Origin: Mobula birostris
Lineage: Eukaryota
Reading direction: 5' to 3'
Assembly: GCF_030028105.1 (NCBI RefSeq)
Contig: NC_092379.1
Coordinates: 20,747,309-20,811,308, forward strand
Length of the DNA stretch: 64,000 bases
Positions 34,704-48,556 of the stretch are shown piece after piece. The notes under the pieces are model-generated. The model made no database searches. It was not told the DNA's origin and saw only the letters and a program-made list of their open reading frames with translations. The position numbers and the translations under genes were made by a program. Each line of letters begins with the position of its first letter. Position 1 is the stretch's first letter.

Positions 34704-34999
34704 GCATGGAAACAAGCCCTTCGGTCCAACTCATCCATGCTGACCAAGATGTTCATCCATGTTAGTCACATTGACATTCTGTGGGAACATTTGCTATCCA
34801 TTGCCCTCTTGATTTTATGCATCTCTACAAAATCTCCACTCAGTCTCCTGCCAGCCAGACTTTTCACCAGATCTAAGCTGGAGATTGCTAGAGATTTAAT
34901 AAACAAGTACAGTATCAGAAGAACATCTCATCTCACTGTTATTTTGACAGTGAATAAATTATATGTTCTGCAATCTGTATATTCACTCCAAGGGAAGTC

Positions 35000-36200
35000 C
35001 TAGTTTAGACAGCCTCTCCCTTTAACTCAGTCATGGCAACATCCCTGTAAATCTTTTCTGCACTCTTTCCAGATTAATAACATCTTTTCACCAGCAGGAT
35101 GAATAAAAACTGAACACAATATCCCATATGCAATCTCACCAGCACCTTGTGCAATCCCACCATGTGCCCCCAACTTTTACACACAATACCAACAGTCTTC
35201 TACACCACCCTGTCTACATGTGACTCCACTTTCAGTGACCATATAGACCATAAGATATTGGAGCAGAACGAGGCCATTCAGTTGATTGGGTCCACTATAT
35301 AAACATGGCTGATTCATTTCCCTCTCAACCCCATTCTCTTACCTTCTCCCCATAATCTTTCACACCCTGACTTATCAAGAATTTATCAACCAAGGACTCT
35401 GAAACTTCATTCTCAACAATTGACTCCAACATCTTCCCAGCCATTCAGGCCAGGCCAACTGACCTATAATATTCTTTCTCCTGCCTTTCTCTGTCCTTGA
35501 CGAGTGGAGTGACATTTTCAACTTTCCGGTCCTCTAGAACCATGTCAGAATCTAGTGATTCTTGAAAAATCATTGTTAGTATCACCACAATCACTTCAAC
35601 TGCCTCTTTCAGAAATCCAGGGTATAGTCCATCTGGTCCAGGTGGCTGACTTACCTTCAGACTTTCAGCTTCCCAAGCATCTTCTCTCTTATGCCCCATG
35701 ACACTCTCAAACCTCCGCCAAACTGTGAGCGTGTTCAACAGTGAAGACTTATGGAAAATATCTATTCAGTTCATCTGCCATTTCTTTGTCCCCCTTTACT
35801 ACCTCTCCAGTGTTATTTTCCAGCAGTCCAGTATCTACTCTTGCCTCACTTTTACACTTCATATATCTGAAAAAGCGTTTGGTATCCCCTTTGATATTAT
35901 CGGCTAGCTTACCTTCATACTTCATTCTTTCTCTCCCTACGGCTTTTTTAGTTGCCTTCTGTAGCTTTTTAAAAGCATCCCAATCCTCTAACTTCCCACT
36001 AGTTGTTGCTCTATTATAGACCCTTTCTTTTGCTTTCATGTTGGCTTTGACTCCCCTTGTCAGCCATGGGAATGTCATCCTGCCTCCTGAATACTTGCCA
36101 TTGCTCCTCTGCCATCATCTCTGTTAGTGTCCCCTTCCATTCAATGTTGGCATGCTCCTCTCTCATGACCCTGTAATTCCCTTTACCCCAGTGTAATACT
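35000..36200 (-). mobile_element. CR1 fragments (ORF2 and 3' ends)
   Basis: ORFs 35445 and 35749 match CR1 ORF2 (PGPDGLYP, KRFFRYMK, ADELNRYF). Confidence 0.8.
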
Positions 36201-38778
36201 CCACTGGAGCTGGAGTTGGATGTACTCAGGATCCAATGTACTCAGACATTATAGATGAGAATATTAAAGAGGTGGTCACACTCAGAGTACAGACTTCACA
36301 CGGTAGATGGGTGACCACCAGGAGAAGTAAGGGGATTCAGCAGTCAGTGCAGGAGTCCCCTGTGGCCATTCCCCTCAGCAGCAAGTATCCCTCTTTGGAT
36401 ACTGCTGTGGGGGATGACCCATCAGGGCACAGCAGCAGCTGCCAGACAAGTGGCACTGTGGCCAGCTCTGATGCTCAGCAGGGAAGGGTAAATTCAGGCA
36501 GTTGGGAAGTACTAGGGGATTTGACAGTTAAGTGGACAGAGAAGAGATTCAGAGGCCGCAAAAGAGACACCAGGATGGTGTGTTCCCTTCTCTATGCTAG
36601 GGTCCAGGATGTATCAGAAAGGCTGCAGGATATTCTCAGGGGGGAGGGTGAACAGCCAGAGGTCGTGATACATACTGGCACTAAAAACATTGGCAAAAGT
36701 TAGTACGTAGAGTTAGGAAAGAGGCTGAAGAGAAGGGCCTCCAAGATAGTAATCCCTCAATTACTCCCAATGTATGGACTGGTACAGGTAGGAATGGCAT
36801 GGTATCACAGATTGATGAGTGGCTGAGGAGATGGTACGTGGGGCAGGGTTTAATGCTCTTGGATCACTGGGACCTTTTCTGAGGAAGGCCTGACCTGTAA
36901 AGAGAGACGGGTTCCACCTGAACTGGAGGGGAATGAATATCCTGGCCGGGAGGTTTGTTAGTGCTAGCTTGGGAGGTTTCAAACTGGGTTTCCAGGGTCT
37001 GGAAAACGAGCACAAGTTCAGTCACTGAAGTATTGAACAGGACCGTAGATGTCAGGGAAAGTACTGAGTGGCAAAATCAAAATAATCCTGGTATGATGGG
37101 GCTGATAGTTTGAAGTGTCTGTGTTTTAGTGCTAGGAGTAACTATAGGTAAAGGAAATGAATTTAGAACATGGATCGGTACATGGAACGATGATGTTGTG
37201 GCCATTACAGAGACTTGGTTGAGAGAGGGGCAGGAATGGGTGGTTAATGTACTAAGTTTTCAAAGTTTTAGAAAAGATAGGGAAGGAGGTAAGGAGAGAG
37301 TGTACGCTACTAAACAGGGACATGATCACAGCTGCACTGAGGGGAAACATAATGGAGGGATCAGACACTGTGTCCATTTGGATGGAACTCAAGAACAGGA
37401 GAGGTGCAATCACAAGACGATGGAGCAAGAGGAGGGGCTGTACTGGTCCTGGTGTTGGTTAATGAACCTGGCCAGGTGATCACTCTCTCTGTGAACGAGC
37501 AGTTAGTGAACAGTGACCACAACTCCTTAACTTTCAGGATAGCAATAGATAAGGACAGGTATGGTCATTGCAGGAGATTCTTAAATTGGATAAGGGCAAA
37601 TTATGAGAGCATTAGGCAGGAACTAAGAAGAGTTGTTTGGAAAACCCTTTTTCTGGCAAGTCCACATCAGACATGTGGAGGGTGTTTGAAGATCAATTGC
37701 ACAGAGTACAGTAAATGTATATTCCTGTTAGAAGGAAAGACAGAGAGAGAAATATAAGAGAACTTTGGATGTCCAGAGAGGTGATGAATTTTGTCGAGAA
37801 GAAAAGGGAAAAGCATGTAAAGCTTCGGAAGTTAGAATCAAACACATGAGGAGTATAAAGAAACCAGAAAAGAAATAAAGAAAGGAATTAGGAAAACCAA
37901 GAGGGGCCATGAAAGTCCCTGGGACGTAGGATTAAGCTGAATCCCAAGGTATTCCACACATACATCAAGAACAAGAGGATAACTAGGGAGAAGGCAGGGC
38001 TACTCAGAGATAAAGGGGAGAACATTTGTTGGATGTTGAGAAGGTGAGTGAGGTACTTAATGAGAACTTTGCTTCAGTATTTCCCAAGGAAAATGAAATG
38101 GAGGAGCAGGAGATCAGAGCTGAGTGTATAGATATGTTAGGGTGTTTAGAGGTGAAGGAAAAGCAAGTGTTGGATCTACTAGTGAGTATTAAGGTGGATA
38201 AGTCCCCAGGGCCTAATGGGATTTACCCCAGGTTATTGAGGGAGGCAAGAGACAAGCTTTCCGGACCCTTAACTAGTATCTTTGTTTCCTTTCTAGGCAC
38301 AAGCAAGGTCCAGATGACTGGCAATTAGCTAATGTTGTACCTCTATTTAAGAAGGGAACAAGGGAAAATCCTGGGAACTATAGAACAGGGAGTCTCACAT
38401 CAGTTGTAGGGAAATTCTTATGGATAGGATCTATGAGCATTTGGAAATCCATTGCCTAACTACGGAGAGCCAGCATGGCTTTGTGTAGGGCAGGTCATGT
38501 CTTACCAACTTGATTGAGCTTTTTGACAAGGTGATGATAGATTGATGATGATAGGCTAATGGATGTTCTGTCCATGGATTTTAGTGAGACATTTGACAAA
38601 GTCTCTCCTGGGAGTCTAATCCAGAAGATTAGAATGCATGGGGTCTGCCGTGAATTGGGTGTTCTGATTCAGAAGTAGCTTGCACAGAGAAAACTGAGGA
38701 TAGTGATCAAAGGGACTTATTTGTTCTGGAGGTCTGTAATTTGTGGTGTTCTGCAGGGATCTGTGCTGGTACCTCTTT
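36200..38778 (+). mobile_element. Degenerate CR1 LINE (ORF1 esterase, APE, RT up to QGSVL), cut at a solo LTR
   Basis: ORF 36236 EGEQPEVVIHTG; 37129 DVVAITETWL; 38026 DKSPGPNGIYPRLL. Confidence 0.85.
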
Positions 38779-39253
38779 TGGCAAGAGTTATCCGCGATGC
38801 AGGTCGCTACTCCTTCAACGAAGACTCAATAAGGTCGATCCTTTGTTAAACTGCCGAATGATGCCGACTCCTCTCAATCCTTCAGTCCTGTACTCCGATA
38901 AAGTCTTCACTCTCCCTTCTACTGCTGGAATAGGGTAAATCAGCACATCTAGCCAAAAATTTCCGGTCCAATAATATTGTATCTTGCAACAGAATGCAAC
39001 ACTCCGTTTTAAAAATGAAACTGCGTCATAAAAACAAATATGCAACAGAAACGGAGACACAGTACGTCCTACATTGAAATCTAAAAACTAAAAACTAACT
39101 GCATCATTTGGGGACTACCCTTATATACCCGTGGTGCACATGTCATCACATGACCTCACATCGGCGTGAAAATTACATCAGGTGACCTCCCAAAGAGCAT
39201 TACATCATTCTCACAAAAAAAACACAACACAGGTCTCCTTGAGGAATGTAACA
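38779..39253 (-). mobile_element. Solo LTR (475 bp), 4-bp TSD family
   Basis: TG...CA termini (tggca...gtaaca), TSD cttt (38775-38778 / 39254-39257), TATA-like on the minus strand near 39120. Confidence 0.78.
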
Positions 39254-39289
39254 CTTTCAAATTGTGGGGTGAATTCTATCATAATTTGA

Positions 39290-40090
39290 TAACTGGCTTC
39301 TAAGGGTTCCTATACCCTGAGCTCCCAAATCCAATCTGGTTCATTACACAACACCCAATCCAGAATAGCTGATCCCCTAGTGGGCTCAAGCACAAGCTGC
39401 TCTAAAAATCCATCTTGTAGACATTCCACAAATTCTCCTCCTTGGAATCCAAAATCAGCAACAAACCTAATTTTCCCAATCTTCTTGCATTTCAAAATCC
39501 TCCATAACTATCATAACTTTGCTCTTTTGACTTGCATTTTCCATCTCCCATTGTAATTTGCAGACCACATCCTGGCTGCTGTTTGGAGGTCTGTATATAA
39601 CTCCCTTCAGGGTCTTTTTACCCTTGCAGTTCCTTAACCCTACCCACAATGATTCTACATCTTCCGTGCCACCCTCTCTCCCTACCTGCCTATCCTTCTG
39701 ATACAATGTGTATCCTTAGATGTTATATATAATCTTCTTTTATCCAGATGTCTGAAATCCTGCCCTCTGCATGAGTTTCTCAGTCACACCTTCATCTCCA
39801 ACTCATCCTATTTTTATCTTCACAGGCATATGGCACAGGTAGCAACCCAAAGATTACTGCACTGGAGGTCCTATTGTCAGCTTTCTATTTGAACTCCAAG
39901 GCCTGTCTGTTCCACAACACCCTCCAGGACCCTATCGTTCACTGTGGAAGTCCTACCTGGTTTAAATTTCCAAAGTTTTACACCTTGGACTTCCCTGTAT
40001 ATAACTCTATTCGCCACTTTTCAGTCCACTTATTCAGCTGAACAAGATCCCACTATAATTTTGATAACCTTCACTCTTGACTTTACCACT
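39290..40090 (-). mobile_element. CR1 APE and ORF1 fragments
   Basis: ORFs 39310 and 39467 (ESLWVGLRNCKG, GVIYRPPNS, AILDWVLCNEP). Confidence 0.8.
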
Positions 40091-40094
40091 TATT

Positions 40095-43000
40095 TTTCAG
40101 AGGGCTGCAATCAGTGTGAGAGGTCATTCATTAGTGATACAGCGCAAGGTTTAAAAAGAGCGTGGGTGTTTTCAGGACGTTACAATGTTTTGTAACCAGC
40201 ACAAGATGTCATTCGTTGGTGACGCAGTGCAAGGTTTGAAAAGTACTCGGGTTTTTTGAGACTGTAGTCATAACAATCTAATAGCCACTCGGCAGGGATG
40301 AATAAAAAGAAGCAAGGTGGAAGTGGAGTGTCCATTGTGTGAGTGAACAGCGTTAGAGTGGTCAGGCTTTGACTAAATGGGCTTGCTTGAAAACTGGCTT
40401 GGGAAAACACAGTTCTAAGTAAGTTAATAGTAAGCATATTTTTTCTGTTAGTACACGGCCAGTGCTCTGACAATGGGTCCAGAGTCAGTGATATGTTCCT
40501 TCTGTAAGATGTGGAAACTTTGGGAGGCCTCCTGTCTCCCTGAGAACTACATCGGCATGAAGTGCACTGGGCTGCAGCTCCTCAGAGAAATTGTGTTAAG
40601 GAACTAGAGCTACAGCTTGATGACCTTTGGTTCAAATGGAAGAATGAGGAAGTGATAGATAAGAGCCACCGGGAGGCAGTCACCCCTAAGTTGTAGGAGG
40701 CAGATACTTGGGTGACTGTCAGGAGAGGGAAAGGGAATAGACAGCCAGTTCAGAGTACCCCTGTGGCCATTCACCTCAATAATAGGTATACTGCTTTGGA
40801 TACAGTTGGAGGGGATGTCCCACCAGGGCGCAGCCACAGCAAGATGTTCTCTGGCACTGAGTCTGTCCCAATGGCTCAGATGGGAAGGTGGGGGTGTGGA
40901 AGAGGAGTGCAGCAGTGATAGTGGATTCCATAATCAGAGGAGCAGACAGCAGATTCTACGGATGTGAAAGAGACACCCAGATGGTATGTTGCTTCACAGG
41001 TGCCAGGGTCAGGGATGTCTCAGATCAGGTCAGGAGCATTCTAAAGGGGAAGGGTGAACAGCTGGAAGACGTGGTATATATTGGTACCAAAGACATAGGT
41101 AGGTAAGGGAGGAGGTTCTGAAGAGAGAATATAGGGAGTTAGATGGAAAGCTGAAGAACTGGACATCCAGGGTAGTAATCACTAGATTGCTGCCATGCAC
41201 CACTGAGGGTAAGAATAGGATGAGGTGGCAGTTGTTTGTGTGGCAGAAGAATTGGTGCAGGGGCAGTGTTTCAGATTTCTGGACCATTGTGATCTCTTCT
41301 GGGGAATGTATAACCTGTACAAAAAGGGCAGGTTGTACCTGAACCCGAGGGGGTCCAATATCTTTGCAGGCAGGTTTGCTAGAGCTGTTCAGGAGGGTTA
41401 AAACTAATTTGGCAGGGGATGGGAACCAGAGTGATAGGGCTGAGGATGGGGCACTTGAAATCATGTGAAAGAGTTAAAGTGTAACAGGGGCCAAAATCAA
41501 AAACAGTGATGAATTACAGGACTGAAGGTGCTATATTGGAATGCACACAGTACATGGAATAAGGTGTTGTAGTGCAGTTAGAGATTGACAGGTATGACGT
41601 TGCGAGCATCACTGAGTCGTGGCTGAAAGAAGATCATAGCTGGAAGCTTAACATCCAAAGATGCACATAGTATCAAAAGGATAAGCAGGTTGGCAGAGGG
41701 ATGAGGTGGTTCTGTTGGTAAAAAATGAAATCAAATACTTATAAAGAGTTGACATAGTATCGGAAGATGTAGTATCATTGTAGGCAGAGTTAAGAAACTG
41801 CAAGGGTAAAAAGATCCTGATGGGAGATATATACAGGCCTCTGAACAGTAACCAGGATAAGGGCTACAAATTACATTGGGAGATAGGAAAGTCATGTAAA
41901 AAGGGGAAAATTACAATACTCATGGGGATTTCAATATGTAGATAGATTGAGAAAATGAGGGTTGTGCTGGATCCCAAGAGAAGAAATTTGTAGAATGCCT
42001 ATGAGATTGTTTTTAGAGCAGTTTGTGGTTGACTCCAAAAGTGGAACAGGAATTCTGGATTGGATGTAGGGTAATGAACCAGATTTGATTTGGGAGCTTA
42101 AGGTAAAGGAGCACTTCGGAGTAAGTGATCATAATATAATGAAATTCAGCCTGCAGTTTGAAAAGGAGAAGCTAAAATCAGATGTATCTGTATTACACTG
42201 GAGTAAAGGGAATTACAGAGGCATGAGAGAGGACCTGGCCACAGTTGATTTGAAGGGGTCAGTAACAGGTGTGATGGCAGAACTGCAATGGCTGGAGTTT
42301 CAGGGAGAAATGTGGAAGGCACAGGAAAATTGCATCCCAAAGATGAAGAAGTATTCTGAAGGGCGGATCAGACAACATTGCTATCAAATGAAGTCAAGGA
42401 TAGCACAACGGAAAAGAGGGGGCATTTAATATAGCAAAAACCAACAGAAGGCTACCTATCTGGTATGTGCTATATGTAGCTTGTGCTGTTATGACTGTTG
42501 GTACTGTGTTTTGCACCATGGCTCCGGAGAAATGCTGCTTTGTTTGTCTGTATTGATGGGCATTCATGCCCGGATGAACGATAATAAATTTGAACTTAAA
42601 TTTGAAGGCAACCATAAAAAGATATAAAGACAGAAGAGATGAAGTGTGAAGATAAGCAAGACAGTAACATAAAAGAGGATGCCAACGTTTTATTCGAATA
42701 TATATCAAGTAAGTGAGAGACCAGAGTGGCTATCGGACCACTGGAAAATTACACTGGAGAGGTAGCAAAGTGCGACAAAGAAATAGCAGGCGAACTTAGT
42801 AAATATTTTGTTTCAGTCTTCACTGTGGAACATACAGCAGAATGCTAGAAATGCGAGAGTGTCAGGGGGCAGAAGTGAGTGTCCTTTCTATTACTAAGGA
42901 GAAGTTGCTTGGGATGCTGAAAAGTCTGAAGGCACTTAAATCCCTGGACTTGATGGATGTCACTTCAGGGCTCTGAGCGAGGTAGCTGAAGAGACTGTGG

Positions 43001-43130
43001 AGGCATTAGTAATGATCTTTGAACAATCACTAGATTCTGAAATGGTTCCAGAGGACTGAAAATTACAAATGTCTCTCCAGTTTTTAAGAAGGCACAGAGG
43101 CAGAAGAAAGGAAATTATATGCCAGATGGT
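40095..43130 (+). mobile_element. CR1 LINE 5' part (5' UTR, ORF1 zinc finger and esterase, APE, partial RT), degenerate
   Basis: MGPESVICSFCKMW zinc-finger start at about 40472, esterase block at 41040-41400, APE at 41520-42130. A short L2-like tail is inserted at about 42445-42605. Confidence 0.8.
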
Positions 43131-43197
43131 TAATGGTTAGTGCATGCTCAGTGTGTTGATGGGCCTGTTTCTGTGCTGTATCTCTCTGTCTGTACAG

Positions 43198-43260
43198 GAA
43201 ACAGTACGGACCGAGTATGGAAGCCCTTGTAAGTGTCCCCGGGACTAACCATCAAAAGAG
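43198..43260 (+). other. Candidate 63-nt exon
   Basis: tctctctgtctgtacag| acceptor (partly from a LINE tail) and strong gag|gtaagt donor. Open as KQYGPSMEALVSVPGTNHQK; not recognised. Confidence 0.22.
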
Positions 43261-43974
43261 GTAAGTGTGACCCCACTGCAGTCTGAAGGGGAATGCAGAC
43301 TTGAATCACCAGTGACTGATGTTCTTTCCCAGACACTGTCTACCTCGCTGTTTTCTGATTTTATTTTCTACGCTCTTGCACATTCTAATAGAAAATGTGA
43401 CTTCCTTGGGACTCAGCCCCCGTTCATCATCAAGAACTTTTGTGGCTCATTTGTAGACATAGTTGGTCTGTAATGCAAAACAATTGGACAATTTTATCTA
43501 AAAGCAACCACTTGCATTTATAGTGTGGCTTTAATATAGGAAATTACAAGAAGGTGTTTCACAGGCGTATAAATCAGATGTCAGGTCATAGAAGGAGAGG
43601 GAATGGCAGGTGAGGAAGTGTCTGGTCAGAGGAGGAATCTGGAAGCAATGCCTCAGTCCAACGGGATGATGTGCTGAAATGGTTTGCACCACAACTTACT
43701 GACTCACTGAGACGTCAGACGCAGAGTGATGGAAGAGTGAAGGGAATGGAAATGACATCCATAAGATGGATTTAAATTAAAGAGGAAGAGAAAGACACAG
43801 TACTGCAGGTTTAAATTCATTAGAATAAATCTGTGGGCTTTGTTGAGGAAGCTCCTCAGACAGAGTAATTGATAGTAAGACTGGATTCCCATATGGAGGA
43901 GGGTGAGAGGAAACTCAGGAATCATTTTAGAATGAATTCATGGGAAAAAGTCAGTAAAGTCCATGAAAATTATT

Positions 43975-44256
43975 TAATTCATTTATTTATTGGCATACAG
44001 CATGGAATAGGTCCTTCTGGCCCTTCCAGCCACACTGCCCAGGAATCCCGATATAATCCTAGTCTAATCACAGGACAATTTATAATGATCAATTAAAGTA
44101 CCAATCGGTATGTCTTTGGACTGTGAGAGGAAACCGGAGTACCTGGTGGAAACCCACACATTCTCGGGGAGAAATTACAAATTCCTTACTGGCAGTGACT
44201 GGAATTGAACCCCAGGTCACCTGCACAGGAAAGCATTCTGCTAACCACTACACTAC
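43975..44256 (-). mobile_element. tRNA-derived V-SINE (HE1-like)
   Basis: Minus strand A box tagtgtagtgg, B box ggttcaattcc, V-domain gtgggtttcc...ccggtttcct. Confidence 0.75.
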
Positions 44257-45118
44257 TGTGGAAGTGGAATCTGGATAAAGTCACTCAGAGACCATATAAG
44301 TACAAATTCTTTATTCAAAGCACCCAGGGCTTACTCAGTTAGTCGCCCAAACAGGAACAGTCCACCAGCTAACTCACAATTCCCCTTACAATATGGGTAT
44401 ATTCATTCAGATACCCCCACACAAGACAGGCTGGAGCCAAACTTATCTACTCCATGACATTCCCGAAAGACAAATTACGGAATAGGCATAATGGCTCATA
44501 CACTGAACAGGCTGGTCTTATCTCTACACAAAATTGCACAAGGACAAGGACCCTGAAACACTAGCTGGCTAACTTCGAGAAGAAATATTGATCAGCATTG
44601 AACAGCACATCTGTCGATCATCAACGGATTCTTTCAGAGAAAGCAGCCTGCTATGCTTAACAGACCATGTTAACCCTTTACATACTTTATCACTACCATG
44701 CCGCCCCGAATGCTGAGTTCCCCAGCCTGTCTGATGGATTCTTTGATCAAAACTTAAACTTGAGCTGGGTCCTGATGTTTTTGTAACCCAGAGTTCTTCA
44801 GCAGTCAAGAAGGGGCATTAAAACCCATTGCTTATGACTGTTGAATACTGGTAGCAGACATTCCATTAACATCCCATTGCTTAAATTAACCAGTGAGATA
44901 GTCCCTATTTCAGCAATGTGATACCTGCCACTGAAATTGGGAGTTTCCAGAAGATACACAGGCAACGGCAACCCACTGAACAATTACATATATATAGGTA
45001 ATTATCTAAAAACAAACAAACATAAGAAAGTTAAACTACAAGCCAAATAACAATTATACAGTCCAATCCAACACCTGAAAGGGCAAAATTCCCCAAATAA
45101 TAAGGTAGTACCATCACA
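44257..45118 (-). mobile_element. Solo LTR (862 bp), 4-bp TSD family, inserted at the SINE 5' end
   Basis: tgtg...caca termini, TSD ctac (44253-44256 / 45119-45122), AATAAA on the minus strand near 44315. Confidence 0.75.
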
Positions 45119-45614
45119 CTACCCTCCTCAGGACAGTTATTTGCAGGTATTGTGAGATCTATCAATCAGAGTTTAAAGAGACACAAATCCAATTCAGGTG
45201 ATGTTATTTTATTCAAGGTGAACACAAAAATCAAATAGCAAGCTACTGCCCCAAGGCTCCTAGAAGAATAAAACTACACATTTTATTGTCCGGATGTCAG
45301 AAAGAAAGGTTTAGTAGATATCTATACTTGCAGACCTCATCAGCTGACAAACTTTCAATGGCAGATTATTGATTCTCTCTGAATATGCAAGTCTGTTATT
45401 CCTTAATCTTCAGGGCCTGAGAGTTTCCAGGCCAATGATAACTTCCCCGGCTCCCACAGTAATCCACAGTGATTGTTGTCTGTGTTGCTGTTTTAGTCTA
45501 AACTTGATTCACTGGGCAGCCTGCGTTCTCATCAACAAACATCAGCTCCAGCTTGCCACACCGGGATTCTGCCCATCGATGGAACATTGACAAGGCAGTC
45601 TGTGACGTCTTTTA

Positions 45615-46160
45615 GTTTCTCCTTATTTCCCACTTTGGGGTGTATGGGGTGTCAGGGAGGGGTAGCACCTCTGGTGGGGGAACATGTCATGTCCTTTTCA
45701 AGGCAGTTAGTCCACCTTTGGTCCCCACCTGGCACTCAGCTCTGACCTGTGGCTCCTCGTAGCTGTTTGCATGCGACAACGGCCACACCCCGGGCAACGG
45801 CTTTGACAAGCTGGCTAAACCAGGTGAGGGTAGCTGACGGGTCTCAAACCCTCGGTGAGATAGACAGATGTCTATCCCAGCACGTGAAGACAGACTCCGG
45901 CGGATTGAGCGGATGAGACCAATGGAAGGTCCAACGGTCAAGAAGGCGGTCTCTGCAAGCGTCATGGAACGTGTAGAGCAGGACAAGACACCATCCTGGT
46001 CATCCACTGTGCCTAGTCCCATCTCCAGCCGTCTCGAATCTGTCTTGTCACTGGATCCGGATGGGAATTGGGAAGAGAGAGTGAGGCTGACGCTGCGCAA
46101 CTCTCCCTCATTTAAAATCAAACCACGTGCTAGTCTCGACACCATCTGGTGTTGAGGTCT
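45615..46160. mobile_element. RTE-related non-coding repeat (UTR-derived)
   Basis: GC-rich block resembling LINE UTR sequence; no credible ORF. Family assignment is tentative. Confidence 0.4.
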
Positions 46161-46724
46161 TCATCGACGATGACAATGGATGAATCATTTCCACTTTATT
46201 GCTGCCAATTCACAATTATCTGATCATCTGAACTACAGTCATCAGGATGGACTTCTGTGCTCAGTTTGATCAAACACACTTTTAGTTGTTGGTGGGAGTC
46301 TCCCAACTGCTTCAGAACATAAAATGCAGGTGTACATACATTTGAACTGCTCATTCCCATAACATAATCAATAAATCAATCAGTAACAGTCAATCATCAT
46401 TACAGTGAGCCTGTTTCTGGCACGTGGCAAATGCTCTGTAACAAGGAGAGGGTCTTGCTGTCTCTGCATATTTTGCCCTTTGGTTTCGATTCATTCTGTG
46501 TTCTAAACATTGGTTGGTGCAAAGCACAACATTAGAATTGTATTTCCATATGTAAAGTAGTGTGTTTATTCTTTTTAGTAACACAGCTCCACTGGGAGGG
46601 CCCCCTGCTCAAATTAAACCTGCCTGTGAAACCTGAGAGGAAGTGTAAGGACTGAGTGTTAATGTTATCACAGAGTTTCAGACATCTGTCAGCTATTAAT
46701 AACAAATATTACTGAGCTTCAAGT

Positions 46725-47240
46725 AAACCTACAACACAGAACAGTACAGCACAGGAACAGACCCTTCAGCCCATGATGACTGCGACAACCACAACACCAA
46801 ATTAATCTAAACCAAACTATCTGCACAGAATCCATATCCCTCCATATCCTGAATGGTCATGTGCTTTTTCAAATGTGTCTCAACTGTCCTATCATGCTGA
46901 TTCACCACCACCCCTGCCAGTGCATTCCAGGCACCTATCACTCTCTGTGTAAAAAAACAACCCACAAATCTCCTTTAAATGTTATACCCCTCACCTTAAA
47001 TCTCTGTCCTTCTGGATATGACACTATACCCTAGGAAAAAAACTCTGACTGTCGACCCTATCGATAACTCTTATACTTTTATCAGCCTCTATCAGGTTGC
47101 CTCTCAGCCGACACTCCAGAGTAAACAGTCAAAGATTGTTCAACCTCTCCTTACAGCTAATATTCTCTAATCCAGGCAACATGCTTGTGAACATCTTTTA
47201 CACCCTCTCCAAAGCCGCCACATCCTTCTTACAATGGAGC
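46725..47240 (-). mobile_element. CR1 3' fragment
   Basis: aacagtacagcacaggaacagacccttcagccc tail plus reverse-complement ORF2 C-terminus. Confidence 0.75.
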
Positions 47241-47339
47241 AACCAGAACTGAGGGTTCATGAAGTTTCACCCAGGTTAATGCAGGCATGAAAACCTATGC
47301 TTCAGCTTGGACAAAAAGCAGTCTGTACTCTCCTCTTAC

Positions 47340-47419
47340 CCAGTCCCATGAAATTCTCCCAGCAGGGACACTGTCTCCTTGATGCTGGAATGTTCTCAGT
47401 TCAACTTTTGGGCTCATTC
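47340..47419 (-). other. Candidate 80-nt coding exon
   Basis: cctttttttcacag| acceptor and tgg|gtaaga donor. One open frame (G)MSPKVELRTFQHQGDSVPAGRISWDW; not recognised. Confidence 0.3.
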
Positions 47420-48556
47420 CTGTGAAAAAAAGGGTCATTTTTGGCCTCATTAGTAACACGTGAGAGGTTTAGATGCTCAAATACACCCTGGATAGGAAGG
47501 TCATGAGAAGGTTGAAGGGTAAAGCATATTTCCACATCACGGATGAGAAAAAATACCTGATAAGGTGGAGGAGAAAGTCTTCAGGGGGATTAAAACTATT
47601 GTAAATAATCACTAATCATCCAATTTGGATTATTCATCCAGAGGATGGGGAGAATATAGATCTCTCCCACAGAAGTGAATGTTGTGAAAGGGAACAGAAG
47701 GTGAACTTAACCCAGTTGCACAAAGGTGGAGTGACTGGAGGTTTGTGTGGAAAATAAACAATGACATGAAATAATTGGTCTGAATCTGCTCCTGTGCTGT
47801 ACATTTCATTTAACTCTGTGTTGCACCAGAGTCACAGGAGAGAAACAAAATCTGTTGAGTTTCCTTTCCTTCACCATGTTCCTCTCTCACTCTCTTTATC
47901 TCTTCCTGGGACTTTCACTCTCCTTTTCCTCCCACACTCTCTGCATATCCACAGCGTTTCTCTCTCATTGCCTCTTTCCCCTTCTGTCACCCTCTTATCA
48001 CTTCTTCCCCATTTCATTCCTTCCCACTGCATGTCTCTTATCCTCTTTCTCCTTCACTCTCTCCGTATGTTCCACTCTTTATTTTCCTGTCACTTTTCTG
48101 TCCATCACCCAACCCCAAACTCTTTCCCAGGAACTGTTGTTTCCCAGTGGTAGCAGTTGGGCCCAGACTGGTCACCTACGGTCAGGTATATCAGATCATC
48201 AGGCTCAACTAGTTTCTGCCTTCACTCCCATCAGTATCAGAAGCAGGTTTAATATCACTGACATATGTTGTGTAATTTGTTGTGTTGTGGCAGCAGTACA
48301 GTGCAACACATAAAAATTATAAATTACAATAAGATAACTCGTCACCATCTGAGATTCTGCCAACAACAGACAAATGTGAAGAGGCGTTTGAGCTGTGCCG
48401 AGCCACACAGTCATGGGCGTGGAGAGAGTAGAGTGGAGCATGTCCCATATCTCAATTCAGAATGGGACAGAGGCAGTGGGAGCTGGAATGGGATAGTCAA
48501 CTGTGAGACGTTCAACTTGCAGCTGTAAGGCGAGAAAGTTTAAACAACCTGTAATT

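Noticed and set aside
45290-45380. Pyrin-domain-like AIESLSADEVCKYRYLL on the minus strand
   Set aside because: Too short, preceded by stops, and the rest of the domain is absent.
47790-48313. Hydrophobic 119-aa and 152-aa ORFs
   Set aside because: Translations of a CT-rich low-complexity tract.
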